A stretch of DNA of 64,000 nt from Candidatus Limnocylindrales bacterium (GTDB lineage: Bacteria; Patescibacteriota; Microgenomatia; Levybacterales; UBA12049): positions 2,340 through 66,339 of the forward strand of contig DATLDE010000002.1 of NCBI GenBank assembly GCA_035526025.1, written 5' to 3'. Shown here piece by piece: positions 48,330-57,659 of this stretch. The first letter of the stretch is position 1. Every line of letters begins with the position of its first letter. The notes beneath the pieces were generated by a model. The model saw nothing but the letters and a program-made list of their open reading frames with translations. It made no database searches and was not told where the DNA came from. The position numbers and the translations under genes were made by a program.

Positions 48330-48532
48330 GATTTTAAAGTAAACACTTCTTCAACAGGTTTTTTAAAAAATTTTGCTATCTTTAGTCCAAGCAGCAGAGA
48401 CGGGATATAATTTCCTTTCTCAATCGCGATAACTGTTTGTCTTGATACTCCAATCTCTTTTGCGAATTCCTCCTGCGTTACATTTTTACCTTTTCTTAAT
48501 TCAAAAACCTTATTAATAACATGTTCTCTCAT
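48326..48532 (-). CDS. XRE-family HTH regulator
   Basis: TQEEFAKEIGVSRQTVIAIEKGNYIPSL. Confidence 0.92.
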   Translation of the reverse strand: MREHVINKVFELRKGKNVTQEEFAKEIGVSRQTVIAIEKGNYIPSLLLGLKIAKFFKKPVEEVFTLKS

Positions 48533-48627
48533 ACAATTTTAAATGTCAAGTAGATTTAACATTATTGTAAAGTGTTAGAAGCTATTTGTCAAGTATGCTT
48601 TACATCAAAATAATACAATCTTTTTGC

Positions 48628-49746
48628 TTATAACTTTGCGGGGTTGATACTGATTATTTTATCATCCCCAGATTGCCTATCGCCCCGACCATCACGATTA
48701 CTTGTTGTTATATATAGCATGTTATCAGGCCCGACTACAACATCCCTGATTCTCCCAAATTTATCATTTAAATGAGTATTAATCGATGTAGTATTTCCTG
48801 ATAAGGTTGCTTGATACAGGCTTTTACCGCGAAGTCCGACAAAATAGACCGAACCATTTAGATAAGCAGCGCCACCTGGGGCCCATGTGTCCGTTCCACT
48901 ATGTACTAGAGGCGGAACTAAACCATTTCTTTTTTCGTCTCCCTTGACATCAGGCCAGCCATAATTTTTCCCTATTTCTATGCGATTCAACTCATCTTTT
49001 TCAGATGACCCATGCTCAGTTTCATAAAGATTTCCGCTCTCGTCCCATGTAATTCCCTGTGGATTACGATGTCCGTATGAATATATAAGTGTGTTGAAAG
49101 GATTTCCAGGAGCTGCTTTTCCCTCAGGTGTGACCCTAATAATTTTACCGGCCAGTGAATTTTTATTTTGCGCGAGCGATGGCTCCTGTGCGTCCCCTGT
49201 TGTGATATACAATAATTTATCTGGACCGAATTTAATTCTGCCACCATCATGAAATAATGCGCCCGGGATCTTATCAACTATTATTTTTTCGTTAGTTAAT
49301 TTATCTCCTGTAAAATTATATCTTGAAACTCTGTTTAGGGATTTATTTCCCTCATTTGCATATGTGTAATACAAATAAACCAATTTGTTTTTCTCAAACT
49401 CTGGATGGACTGTTATGCCATGAAGCCCTCCTTCGCCTTGAATTCTTTTAACAACATCTATTTCGAGGATTGGCTCATTAACAAGTTGCCCATTTCTATC
49501 AATTAGTCTTACTCTTCCCGGACGCTCTGTTACCAGAATACTTTCGTCAGGTAAAAATACGAGAGCCCAGGGAACTTCAAGATTTTCGGCGATTACAGTA
49601 GCAGAAGCAGACTCTGAATCATTTTGCATAGAAGGAGACTTTGAAACTTGGTGGTTTATATTCTTTTTTGAAGAGTTTTTCGTTGCAGTCAAGCCATTTG
49701 CGGATAATACTATTATAACTAATATTAACCCAAGAAATTTTTTCAT
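48628..49746 (-). CDS. PQQ-dependent sugar (glucose/sorbosone) dehydrogenase
   Basis: LEVPW, HDGGRIKFGPD, YGHRNPQG, NYGWP, GRIRDV. Confidence 0.9.
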   Translation of the reverse strand: MKKFLGLILVIIVLSANGLTATKNSSKKNINHQVSKSPSMQNDSESASATVIAENLEVPWALVFLPDESILVTERPGRVRLIDRNGQLVNEPILEIDVVKRIQGEGGLHGITVHPEFEKNKLVYLYYTYANEGNKSLNRVSRYNFTGDKLTNEKIIVDKIPGALFHDGGRIKFGPDKLLYITTGDAQEPSLAQNKNSLAGKIIRVTPEGKAAPGNPFNTLIYSYGHRNPQGITWDESGNLYETEHGSSEKDELNRIEIGKNYGWPDVKGDEKRNGLVPPLVHSGTDTWAPGGAAYLNGSVYFVGLRGKSLYQATLSGNTTSINTHLNDKFGRIRDVVVGPDNMLYITTSNRDGRGDRQSGDDKIISINPAKL

Positions 49747-49780
49747 ACTCCTATTATATACTTATATTAATTTTAAATTA

Positions 49781-50179
49781 TTAATCTTTTACAATTACTC
49801 TTATGTATGTATCCGGATTAAAATGATCATGAAAAGAATAAATTCCCACCTTCTTAAATTGTATTTTATATGCCTCATCACCTTTAAAAACTCCTGACTC
49901 TAGCCCTTCTTCTTCGTGTGCATGATTCTTGTCTACTGCATTTCCACTTCCTTGTGATAAATTGTGTTCTTTTCCATCCTTTGCGTTAAATTGAACATAA
50001 TCACCCACTTTTGCCAGAACTATATCAGGATCTGCCATGTCTTTCATAAGAGAAACCATATGGATATTAGTTGCTGCAATTTTCTTTTGCGAAGTGGAAA
50101 AACCCAATTTACTAAGTGAAAAATATGCAATCCCTGCACTTGCTAATGTAACTAATAAAAATAATGCTATCCTCTTCAT
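49781..50179 (-). CDS. Cupredoxin-fold protein with atypical ligand set
   Basis: KVGDYVQF..EHNL..FKKVGIYSFHDH; no Cys. Confidence 0.72.
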   Translation of the reverse strand: MKRIALFLLVTLASAGIAYFSLSKLGFSTSQKKIAATNIHMVSLMKDMADPDIVLAKVGDYVQFNAKDGKEHNLSQGSGNAVDKNHAHEEEGLESGVFKGDEAYKIQFKKVGIYSFHDHFNPDTYIRVIVKD

Positions 50180-50219
50180 ACTTTTATATAATTATCCAAA
50201 TCCTGAGAGATCCGTCGGA

Positions 50220-50633
50220 TCATTCAGTTACTTCAATCATCGCCTTCATATATGGATGTGGCTCACAATGATATGGGTAAATCCCAACTTCATTAAATGT
50301 GTAAGTATACTTTTCACCTTTTCCAAAAAACTTACTCTTAGGACCTTCCCGTGTTTCCTCATCAATTGTTACTGTGTGAGGTGCTATATCGTAATTAATC
50401 CAGGTTACTGTTGTTCCCTTTTTAACCGTCTTTTTCTCAGGAGTGAAAGCATATTTTTTAATTTCAATTGTATTCGAGTCCTGTTTATGGTCTACTCTAA
50501 CAACATTAGAATTTTGGTTATCTTTTTTATGATGATTACTATTCCCCATTAAGTCATGGAATAAAAAATGACTAATCAAAATTCCAACTCCCGTGGCTAT
50601 CATTACAATTGTAAAAATCTTATTTTTTTTCAT
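50220..50633 (-). CDS. Plastocyanin/azurin-family blue copper protein
   Basis: KGTTVTWIN..PHTV..YHCEPHPYM type-1 Cu ligands. Confidence 0.9.
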   Translation of the reverse strand: MKKNKIFTIVMIATGVGILISHFLFHDLMGNSNHHKKDNQNSNVVRVDHKQDSNTIEIKKYAFTPEKKTVKKGTTVTWINYDIAPHTVTIDEETREGPKSKFFGKGEKYTYTFNEVGIYPYHCEPHPYMKAMIEVTE

Positions 50634-50662
50634 ATTTAAATTAATTTTTGCTTATTATTTCT

Positions 50663-50710
50663 TAGATAGAAAGCCTTCTGACTTTTGACAGTAAGAAGGC
50701 CAATCTATCA
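50663..50710. terminator. Stem-loop, probable terminator
   Basis: GATAGA..GCCTTCT..AGAAGGC..TCTATC inverted repeat. Confidence 0.55.
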
Positions 50711-50726
50711 ACTTTGCCTAAAAAGT

Positions 50727-51425
50727 TTATTTAAACTTATCAGGATATTGCTTAACGATTGCTCCTGAGAGCGCGTCAGCAATAGTTCCAATTTGTACGT
50801 TGGCCTCGTGCTCTTTTGCATAAGATAAAGGATAATCCTTTCCTCCATATGCATCAACTGCACCCTTTAATAGACCAATGTGTTCTCCAACTAGGTCAAA
50901 CACAGCTTGTCTTGGAAGATTTGGGTTTGCACTGCTTAAAAAATCAGCAATAGCATTCTGATAACCTCCTAAGTCAGCAACTGCTTTGTCCATTCCAGCC
51001 TTATTACCTCCTTTTGCTGCTACTGTGTAGTCAACGAAGAAACCAATGTGACTTGCCCAAATTTCGTAAAATTTGGCTTCAGCCTCTGGGCCGTATACAC
51101 TTCCAACTGCTGCTGCAATAGCTTTTGAATTAGTATCTAACTCTCCTGCTGCTGCTGCAAAATCAGGGTCTCCTTGGAAACCTCTTCTTGTTGCTGCAGA
51201 TGCTAAGCCTACGTGTTCACGCTCTAATGCGTTAAGAGTCACGCGAAGATCAGCTGCTGCAGTATCAGTTCTAGCCATACCCTCTGATTGGGCGGTTGTT
51301 GCCTGGTCAACTTTTTTATTTGTCTTGACCATGGTAAGACCAATTGCTGCTACGATAAGACCTACGAAAACAGCAATTATAACTGTCTTTGCTGTAGATC
51401 CTTTTTGAATTGTATTATTGTTCAT
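50727..51425 (-). CDS. Exported His-containing helical-bundle protein (family often mislabelled copper amine oxidase)
   Basis: TM segment, then DLRVTLNALEREHV..WASHIGFFVDY..GEHIGLL..QYPDKF; strong SD GAAAGGAGGTGA. Confidence 0.7.
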   Translation of the reverse strand: MNNNTIQKGSTAKTVIIAVFVGLIVAAIGLTMVKTNKKVDQATTAQSEGMARTDTAAADLRVTLNALEREHVGLASAATRRGFQGDPDFAAAAGELDTNSKAIAAAVGSVYGPEAEAKFYEIWASHIGFFVDYTVAAKGGNKAGMDKAVADLGGYQNAIADFLSSANPNLPRQAVFDLVGEHIGLLKGAVDAYGGKDYPLSYAKEHEANVQIGTIADALSGAIVKQYPDKFK

Positions 51426-51483
51426 AATTATGTCACCTCCTTTCATTTATATTTTTCTAAAAGTAATGTTTCTAAAGTTAATT

Positions 51484-51498
51484 GTTAACTTAGTTAAC
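51484..51498. promoter_or_regulatory. Palindromic operator GTTAACTTAGTTAAC (candidate MarR site 1)
   Basis: Core TTAACTTAGTTAA recurs at 52032 and 55109; lies just downstream of a minus-strand TTGACA promoter. Confidence 0.7.
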
Positions 51499-51542
51499 TA
51501 TACATTACAATAATCTATATTGTCAAGTAATAGTTTTGTAAG

Positions 51543-52010
51543 TTATTCCTGTGTATTGTTTACTATCATAGTTAAGACTTTAATATAAGTTAGGAGTTCT
51601 TCATGAGTAACGCCTTTAAGTATTTTTGCCAGTGTTTGTTTTGCAACTGGTTCAATTTCGACAATCAAATTACTTCCAGTCTTTGTAATACTGACTAATT
51701 TTGCTCTTTCATCATGCGGGTCTTGTAGTCTAAGAAGGAATCCCTTTTTTTCAAGTAGCTTGGCCAATTTGGTAACCATAGGAGGATCATAACTCAATCG
51801 ATCTGCAAGTTCAGCGAGTCTTATCTTGCCGTGCTCATGAAGCTGACCGAGAAGCTTCCACTCTGGGATTGAGAGATTATATGAAGCCAAAGTTTGAGTT
51901 AGATTTACATGCAATCTACTATATGCTTTTCCTTGCAGAAGACCTGTGCTGTAAGCATGCAGGTTAGCTGGATTGATATTTAATGTTTTTTCTATTAGTT
52001 CATTTTTCAT
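51543..52010 (-). CDS. MarR family regulator
   Basis: LSIPEWKLL..LAELADRL..LEKKGFLLR..DERAKLVSIT. Confidence 0.92.
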   Translation of the reverse strand: MKNELIEKTLNINPANLHAYSTGLLQGKAYSRLHVNLTQTLASYNLSIPEWKLLGQLHEHGKIRLAELADRLSYDPPMVTKLAKLLEKKGFLLRLQDPHDERAKLVSITKTGSNLIVEIEPVAKQTLAKILKGVTHEELLTYIKVLTMIVNNTQE

Positions 52011-52030
52011 AATTGTTATATCCTAATTTA

Positions 52031-52045
52031 ATTAACTTAGTTAAC
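52031..52045. promoter_or_regulatory. Palindromic operator ATTAACTTAGTTAAC (candidate MarR autoregulatory site)
   Basis: Lies between the marR ATG and its TTGACA..TATAAT promoter. Confidence 0.72.
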
Positions 52046-52101
52046 ATTATATACTTTCAATTAAATTTGTCAAGATGTAGAATGACAAATATAATATAGA
52101 T

Positions 52102-52809
52102 ATGAAAAAATATCTTGTCTCGCTTCTTGTTGCCCTCACAATTGGGCTTACCTTCTTTTCAATATCTAGTTATTCATCACGCTTTAAAAACCATGAACCA
52201 CATAAGATAAGGTATGTTGCATTGGGTGATTCATATACCATTGGTGAAGGGGTACGCTCATATGAAGCTTTTCCCGAAGTTCTTGTTAAGATGCTAAATA
52301 GAGAAGGAGTACAAGTAAAATTGATTGCCAATCCCTCAGTAACCGGATGGACTACTCAAGACTTAATTGAAAAGGAGCTACCAATTTACGATTCATCACG
52401 TCCTGAATTTGCAACCCTTCTTATTGGTGTAAATGACTGGGTACAGGAGGTTGATGAGGAATTGTTTCATAAAAATTTAATACAAATCTTAGACAGAATG
52501 CAGACTAAATTGCCTGATAAACATCATTTAATACTTATTACAATTCCTGATTTTTCAGTAACTCCAACAGGAAAAAATTTTGACCAAGATGGAGATGCAG
52601 AAGCCGGAATTGCAAGATTTAATACTATTATTAAAGAAGAGGGAAAATTACGAAATTTACCAGTGGCTGACATCTACCCATTAACTCAAAGAATGAAAGA
52701 TAATCGAGAATTTATAAATCCCGATGGACTACACCCATCTCCCAAGGAATACGAGCTCTGGGCTGAAAAAATTCTGCCTATAGCACTTAAGACGCTGACA
52801 AGTAAATAA
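52102..52809 (+). CDS. SGNH/GDSL hydrolase, exported
   Basis: ALGDSYT, IGVND, DGLHP. Confidence 0.92.
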   Translation: MKKYLVSLLVALTIGLTFFSISSYSSRFKNHEPHKIRYVALGDSYTIGEGVRSYEAFPEVLVKMLNREGVQVKLIANPSVTGWTTQDLIEKELPIYDSSRPEFATLLIGVNDWVQEVDEELFHKNLIQILDRMQTKLPDKHHLILITIPDFSVTPTGKNFDQDGDAEAGIARFNTIIKEEGKLRNLPVADIYPLTQRMKDNREFINPDGLHPSPKEYELWAEKILPIALKTLTSK

Positions 52810-52840
52810 AAAAGCTCGAGGAGTTACCCCGAGCTTTTTA
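52808..52840. terminator. Bidirectional intrinsic terminator
   Basis: AAAAAGCTCG..CGAGCTTTTTT between convergent genes. Confidence 0.8.
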
Positions 52841-52868
52841 TTATTTTGGATTGTTAGATTAAACTATA

Positions 52869-53597
52869 TTATAGTTGTCCTCTGACAGCTCCTCCTGGAT
52901 ATGTAGCGTTGTGAACGTTTACATAATAGTCTGAGGGATTATCTTGAATCTCCTCTATTTCTTGACTACTAAGGCTTGCGCACCCGCTCGCAAATCCCTG
53001 GGCATTAGGAGTAGGTAGTGCAACCACTACAGGTCCTGCTGCGCCTGGTTGCGCTTCATGAATATGAGCAGCACTTGCTTGCTGAATATTCTTGACCGCT
53101 AACTGTACGCAAACTTTTCCAGCTTGAGGAAGCAATTTTACTGTAGCTACCCCGAATCCATCAGGATCTCCACCTCCAACTTCTTGACTACCAGTTAAAA
53201 AAGTTTGGAGTTTGCTCCAGCTGTTTGTGATGCCTCCATTACTGTTTCCGCCATTACCTCCTACATTACCTAAATTTAGGATGTTTGCATTTGCAACGTT
53301 TGAAATAGCAACACCCGTACTGGAACTTCGAGTTACAACTGCGACATTTCCACCGGTATTTAAGCTGGCGTTATTTCCACCAGTATTGGAGTTCGCATTA
53401 ACTGAGTTACTTATACTCGAGCTATTGCTCTGACTCACACTAAGATTTCGGTTTTGAGTAACAGATACGCTGTTGCTTGAAAATGCTCCATTTCCTGAAA
53501 CATGAACGCTTGTTGCAGCAAATGCTGCTGGGGTCAACGCACTAAGCACAACTGCTCCTGTTGCCAAACCTGTTGTTAATTTTTGTTTTAAATTCAT
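52869..53597 (-). CDS. Secreted protein: Asn/Ser-rich N-module plus CHRD domain
   Basis: Signal peptide ending AFA; LTGSQEV..GDPDG..AAHIH..YYVNVHN..PGGAVRGQL (CHRD). Confidence 0.88.
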   Translation of the reverse strand: MNLKQKLTTGLATGAVVLSALTPAAFAATSVHVSGNGAFSSNSVSVTQNRNLSVSQSNSSSISNSVNANSNTGGNNASLNTGGNVAVVTRSSSTGVAISNVANANILNLGNVGGNGGNSNGGITNSWSKLQTFLTGSQEVGGGDPDGFGVATVKLLPQAGKVCVQLAVKNIQQASAAHIHEAQPGAAGPVVVALPTPNAQGFASGCASLSSQEIEEIQDNPSDYYVNVHNATYPGGAVRGQL

Positions 53598-53626
53598 TAT
53601 TTATTCACCTCCTTTCCAATGTATTA

Positions 53627-54079
53627 TTATGTCTTTTTATTTCTATTTAGAAAAACTGTTGCAATAAGTAGCAATGCCCCAACTGTGGACACAAATAAAC
53701 CTGGGCCTATTTTTGGAACAATTAATGGTTGTGTTAATAACTTTTGATATGTTTCGAACAATCCAATAATTAACCAGGCGCTAAATAAAGTTAATACAAT
53801 TCCAGATAAATTTATTAAATATTGAATTTTCTTAATACCTTTAAAAAAGCAGATAATACCCATAACGCTGGCAAAAATTCCGGCACCCAACATAATTCGC
53901 CCGTTCAGTCCTACAACCCCAGGGAATGGCTGAAGTCCTGCATAAAGTGAGAACCAGGGCAAAACCGCCCCGATTACAATGAGTACGCCCGCAAAAAAAG
54001 TAATTAGACCTGTCAACTGCTGCGGGTTAATTTTGCTTAAAATGTTTGTTTTGTTTATTAAAATTGATGTAGTATGCAT
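53627..54079 (-). CDS. Four-TM membrane protein
   Basis: GAVLPW..G..GPGLF pattern; ATG at 54079. Confidence 0.7.
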   Translation of the reverse strand: MHTTSILINKTNILSKINPQQLTGLITFFAGVLIVIGAVLPWFSLYAGLQPFPGVVGLNGRIMLGAGIFASVMGIICFFKGIKKIQYLINLSGIVLTLFSAWLIIGLFETYQKLLTQPLIVPKIGPGLFVSTVGALLLIATVFLNRNKKT

Positions 54080-54095
54080 ATTTTTTGTCTTTCTC

Positions 54096-54122
54096 CTGCG
54101 ACCCGCCCCTGGCGGGCCGCAG
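54096..54122. terminator. GC-rich hairpin
   Basis: CTGCGACCCGCC-CCT-GGCGGGCCGCAG. Confidence 0.55.
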
Positions 54123-54150
54123 TACAATTTAATTTCCCTAAATATTCTTA

Positions 54151-55059
54151 TTAATTATCAAGAACATCAAAGAATAGAAAACTATTTGTTGGAATATCAC
54201 CTGTTATCTTATCAGCGTTTGCAGTATCTGCCTGCAATGCTCGAACAGTGTCTAGGCTCTTTCCGGCAACAACTTTATCCCATGTTGCTTGATCTTTAAC
54301 ACCTACAACTTCAAGTTCCCACCAGCCATTAGTATCTTCATCAACTATATGACTATGTGCTGGGAGAGGTAGATTTTCTGTACCAGCACCCAATACGCGC
54401 GAGACATCAATTGTCATAGGATGGTTGATACAATTTCCAACGGTTGGACACTGCAATGTATTTTCAGCAGGTCTAAATCCGAGCGGAGTCATCACATACA
54501 ACTTCGGAATATCTCCCCCTCTTGGTTTGCTTTGTGGTTCTGCTCCTGCTTCACAATTAGAATCTGCACCACTTGTTGGTGGTTCTTTACAGAAGAATTT
54601 GAACTTACTATAGAAAAACTTAACTGTTTTCCCATCAAACCAACCATCGGTAAATCCTGTTGTTGTAGTGCGAGTTCTTCCACGACCATCAACCATATCC
54701 GCATTTCCATTTCCATGGTTCATGCCACCATGATTAACAACATTTTTATTGGCTTTATTTTTGATATCAACTGAAGTATTCGCATCCCCTGTTACAACTA
54801 CAGTACTTCCTCCGGTGTTTTTATTTGCTTTATTACCACCAGTGTTTGTATTCGCATTTACAGAATTACTAAAGAATGCATTATTGCTTTGTTGCAACGA
54901 AGTATTCTTATTATTTCTTACAGACACATCACTATTTGAGAACGCACCATTACCAACAACGCTTACGCTTGTCGTAGCAAATGCAGCAGTAACAAAAGTA
55001 CTTAAAATTATCACACTTCCTATGGCAGCCTTTACAAATTTATTTTTATTATTTATCAT
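54151..55059 (-). CDS. Secreted protein: Asn/Ser-rich N-module plus Cys/His-containing unknown domain
   Basis: Signal peptide ending AFA; N-module paralogous to that of 52869..53597; C-domain with 4 Cys, NHP and HSH. Confidence 0.8.
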   Translation of the reverse strand: MINNKNKFVKAAIGSVIILSTFVTAAFATTSVSVVGNGAFSNSDVSVRNNKNTSLQQSNNAFFSNSVNANTNTGGNKANKNTGGSTVVVTGDANTSVDIKNKANKNVVNHGGMNHGNGNADMVDGRGRTRTTTTGFTDGWFDGKTVKFFYSKFKFFCKEPPTSGADSNCEAGAEPQSKPRGGDIPKLYVMTPLGFRPAENTLQCPTVGNCINHPMTIDVSRVLGAGTENLPLPAHSHIVDEDTNGWWELEVVGVKDQATWDKVVAGKSLDTVRALQADTANADKITGDIPTNSFLFFDVLDN

Positions 55060-55107
55060 TTTCTCACCTCCTTTCTAAAATAGATTATCAAAATATATTG
55101 TATATTA

Positions 55108-55122
55108 ATTAACTTAGTTAAG
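55108..55122. promoter_or_regulatory. Palindromic operator ATTAACTTAGTTAAG (candidate MarR site 3)
   Basis: Third copy of TTAACTTAGTTAA, about 50 nt upstream of the 55059 start. Confidence 0.65.
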
Positions 55123-55198
55123 TAAACAGTTTTGGTGTATGTAGCGGGTTAGACGGATGTAAGAAACACGTGAGAAGAACTTTTGTTATACTATTTAT

Positions 55199-55981
55199 AT
55201 GCAGAAGACAGTACTTATAACAGGAGGATCCAGTGGCATCGGATTTGAACTAGCCAAAATATTTGGACAAAATAATTATCAGCTTATACTAGTTGCCAAT
55301 GATAAAGAAAAATTGGAAAATGCAGGAGATGAATTAAAAAATAGTGGGTTTTCTGTAAAAACTATTGCCAAGGATTTATCAAACCCTGACTCCCCTTCTC
55401 AAATTTATGAACAATTAAAGCAAGAGGAAATAACAATTGATATACTTGTAAATAATGCAGGGTTTGCGACATATGGACCTTTTTCCGAAAACGATCTAGA
55501 TAAAGAACTCTCAGAACTTCAGGTAAATATAGTTACCCTTACTCACCTGGCCAAACTTTTCGTAAGAGATATGCTGAAAAAAGGAGAAGGAAAAATATTA
55601 AACGTCGCATCAACTGCAGCATTTGCACCTGGTCCCTTAATGGCTGTGTATTATGCAAGTAAAGCGTACGTGCTTTCTTTTTCTGAAGCACTCAATAACG
55701 AACTCGAAAATACAGGAGTAAGTGTCACGACTCTTTGTCCTGGACCAACTAATACAGGATTTGCAGCATCAGCAAATTTGGGATCTTCCAAATTATTTCA
55801 GGGAAAAAATATGGATGCCTCATTCGTAGCACAAGCAGCGTTCGATGGACTTATGGGTAATCGTGCAGTTGTGATTCCGGGACTTAAAAATAAATTTATG
55901 GTAAACGCATTACGTTTTGTACCTAGAAGCGTTGTCCCAAAAATTGTAAAAGGCGTTCAGGATAAGAAAATTAATTCTTAA
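55199..55981 (+). CDS. Short-chain dehydrogenase/reductase
   Basis: ITGGSSGIG, NNAG, YYASK. Confidence 0.94.
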   Translation: MQKTVLITGGSSGIGFELAKIFGQNNYQLILVANDKEKLENAGDELKNSGFSVKTIAKDLSNPDSPSQIYEQLKQEEITIDILVNNAGFATYGPFSENDLDKELSELQVNIVTLTHLAKLFVRDMLKKGEGKILNVASTAAFAPGPLMAVYYASKAYVLSFSEALNNELENTGVSVTTLCPGPTNTGFAASANLGSSKLFQGKNMDASFVAQAAFDGLMGNRAVVIPGLKNKFMVNALRFVPRSVVPKIVKGVQDKKINS

Positions 55982-56173
55982 TTGGATATCCTTTCAATGA
56001 ACGGAGAAAAAGCTTTATTATTTCCCAATTTTTACATCTTCAGCTTTTCTTATTTTTAATTATTTATCCATAGCTGTATAATTATTTCTGCAATTTTTGA
56101 TGTAGACAATAATCTAGTGATTGCAAACTGTGCAAATGAGTAACCTTATACTTAATTAGTTTTAAACTATTAA

Positions 56174-57613
56174 CTAGATACGTTTATAAATGTACTGATC
56201 GCCATTGCTGTAATACTGTTTATAATCTTTGTCTTTCTGAAGATTCTTCAAAATTACTTCAAGATTGCTTACTCCATAAAAGTTATTTGGATTTTGACCA
56301 TCTCTATTATCAATCACAATATAATCCGGCATAACAGAGCGGTAATGTTCTTCCCTACAAGGTTTGCACTTATCTCTAAGTAGCCGTACGTTTTGATGAG
56401 TCAAATGAGATGCTAAATTATTTTGTGTCATTACAGTTTTATCCGGAGGAATTTTATCCAATAAGTTATCAAGAAATTTAAAATTTTTTGTATGTTCATA
56501 AAAAGCCTTATTTGTTGCAAGACCTAAGGGTCCATGTAGCATAAACCGATGAAGAAATAGACTACTAAATATAAGAAGGATACCATAAGCTGAAAATACT
56601 TTTTCAGGGATATATTTTTTTAAATATCTATGAGAAAAAATAGAAGATACTGCAAGAATTATTCCTGTCATAGCACTATAGTGAAGCCCGAGTCCCCAAC
56701 TCAATGTTAAAAACGGTGGATAAAAACGAGTGGCAAAATCCGCAATTATTACAAGATAAAAAGAGGGGGAGAATATGGGCAAGAATCCAAAACTAAGAAA
56801 GCTAATAAGAATAGTTTTAATTTTTATCGGGTTATTAATAAATGATCCAACAAACGAAATAAGATTTGTAGGAAGTGGTGTATCATAGATATATACTCCC
56901 TGGGAAAATGCCGGGATTATAAATTTTATTGCCAAAACCCCCCATAACAAAGAAATAACACTTGATATAAATCCAATTTTTCTATAATTTTTATCTAGCA
57001 ACATCAATGCCATGCCAAGTGCCCCACATGCTAAAAAATTACTCTCTTTAAATCCTAATGTAATAGAAAGTAATAAAAAATATAGATAGCGTTTATTAAG
57101 TAATATCGCTAGGATACATGCTGCAAAAGCCGCTGTAGATACAGTCACTTCATGAAAATCAGAAATTAGAGCGTTCTGAATCCCAATAAAAAGAAGGTAT
57201 GATAAAGTCACACCAAGAGAAAAAATATTGTTTTTGGTAGTTATTACGCCTATTTTAAAAAGTAGCAATCCGCTAATCCCTACTGCCACAACTTGAGCTA
57301 CCAATATTATCTCACTGCTTTTAGTTAACCAATATAATGGGGAGAGAAGAAAAATACTTGGATTAAAATGATCTGCAAAAATCCACTTTCCTCCCAAAAT
57401 AAAATGTTCAATAATGGGAGGTTTAAAACGAGAAACGCTCCAAATTGCCTTGTCAAAGATACCAAAATCGTAATAAAAAACCTCATATTGCCAGTACCTA
57501 TTTAAAGCAACTAATGAGAAGGCAAAAATGTAAAGGAGGCAAAAGAAAATAACAAACGAATAAGTTTTATTATTTTTAATAAATACCCTTACATCCTCAA
57601 TTCTTTTCAACAT
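56174..57613 (-). CDS. DUF2079 membrane protein (GT-C-like)
   Basis: YDFGIFD, ADHFNP, DFHE, KE motifs; multi-TM. Confidence 0.82.
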   Translation of the reverse strand: MLKRIEDVRVFIKNNKTYSFVIFFCLLYIFAFSLVALNRYWQYEVFYYDFGIFDKAIWSVSRFKPPIIEHFILGGKWIFADHFNPSIFLLSPLYWLTKSSEIILVAQVVAVGISGLLLFKIGVITTKNNIFSLGVTLSYLLFIGIQNALISDFHEVTVSTAAFAACILAILLNKRYLYFLLLSITLGFKESNFLACGALGMALMLLDKNYRKIGFISSVISLLWGVLAIKFIIPAFSQGVYIYDTPLPTNLISFVGSFINNPIKIKTILISFLSFGFLPIFSPSFYLVIIADFATRFYPPFLTLSWGLGLHYSAMTGIILAVSSIFSHRYLKKYIPEKVFSAYGILLIFSSLFLHRFMLHGPLGLATNKAFYEHTKNFKFLDNLLDKIPPDKTVMTQNNLASHLTHQNVRLLRDKCKPCREEHYRSVMPDYIVIDNRDGQNPNNFYGVSNLEVILKNLQKDKDYKQYYSNGDQYIYKRI

Positions 57614-57659
57614 CTATTATAATATACACGAAGTTTTTACATGATGCTATAATATATTT

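Noticed and set aside
55982-56173. Possible pseudogene fragment between the SDR and DUF2079 genes
   Set aside because: No open frame or recognisable motif could be supported.
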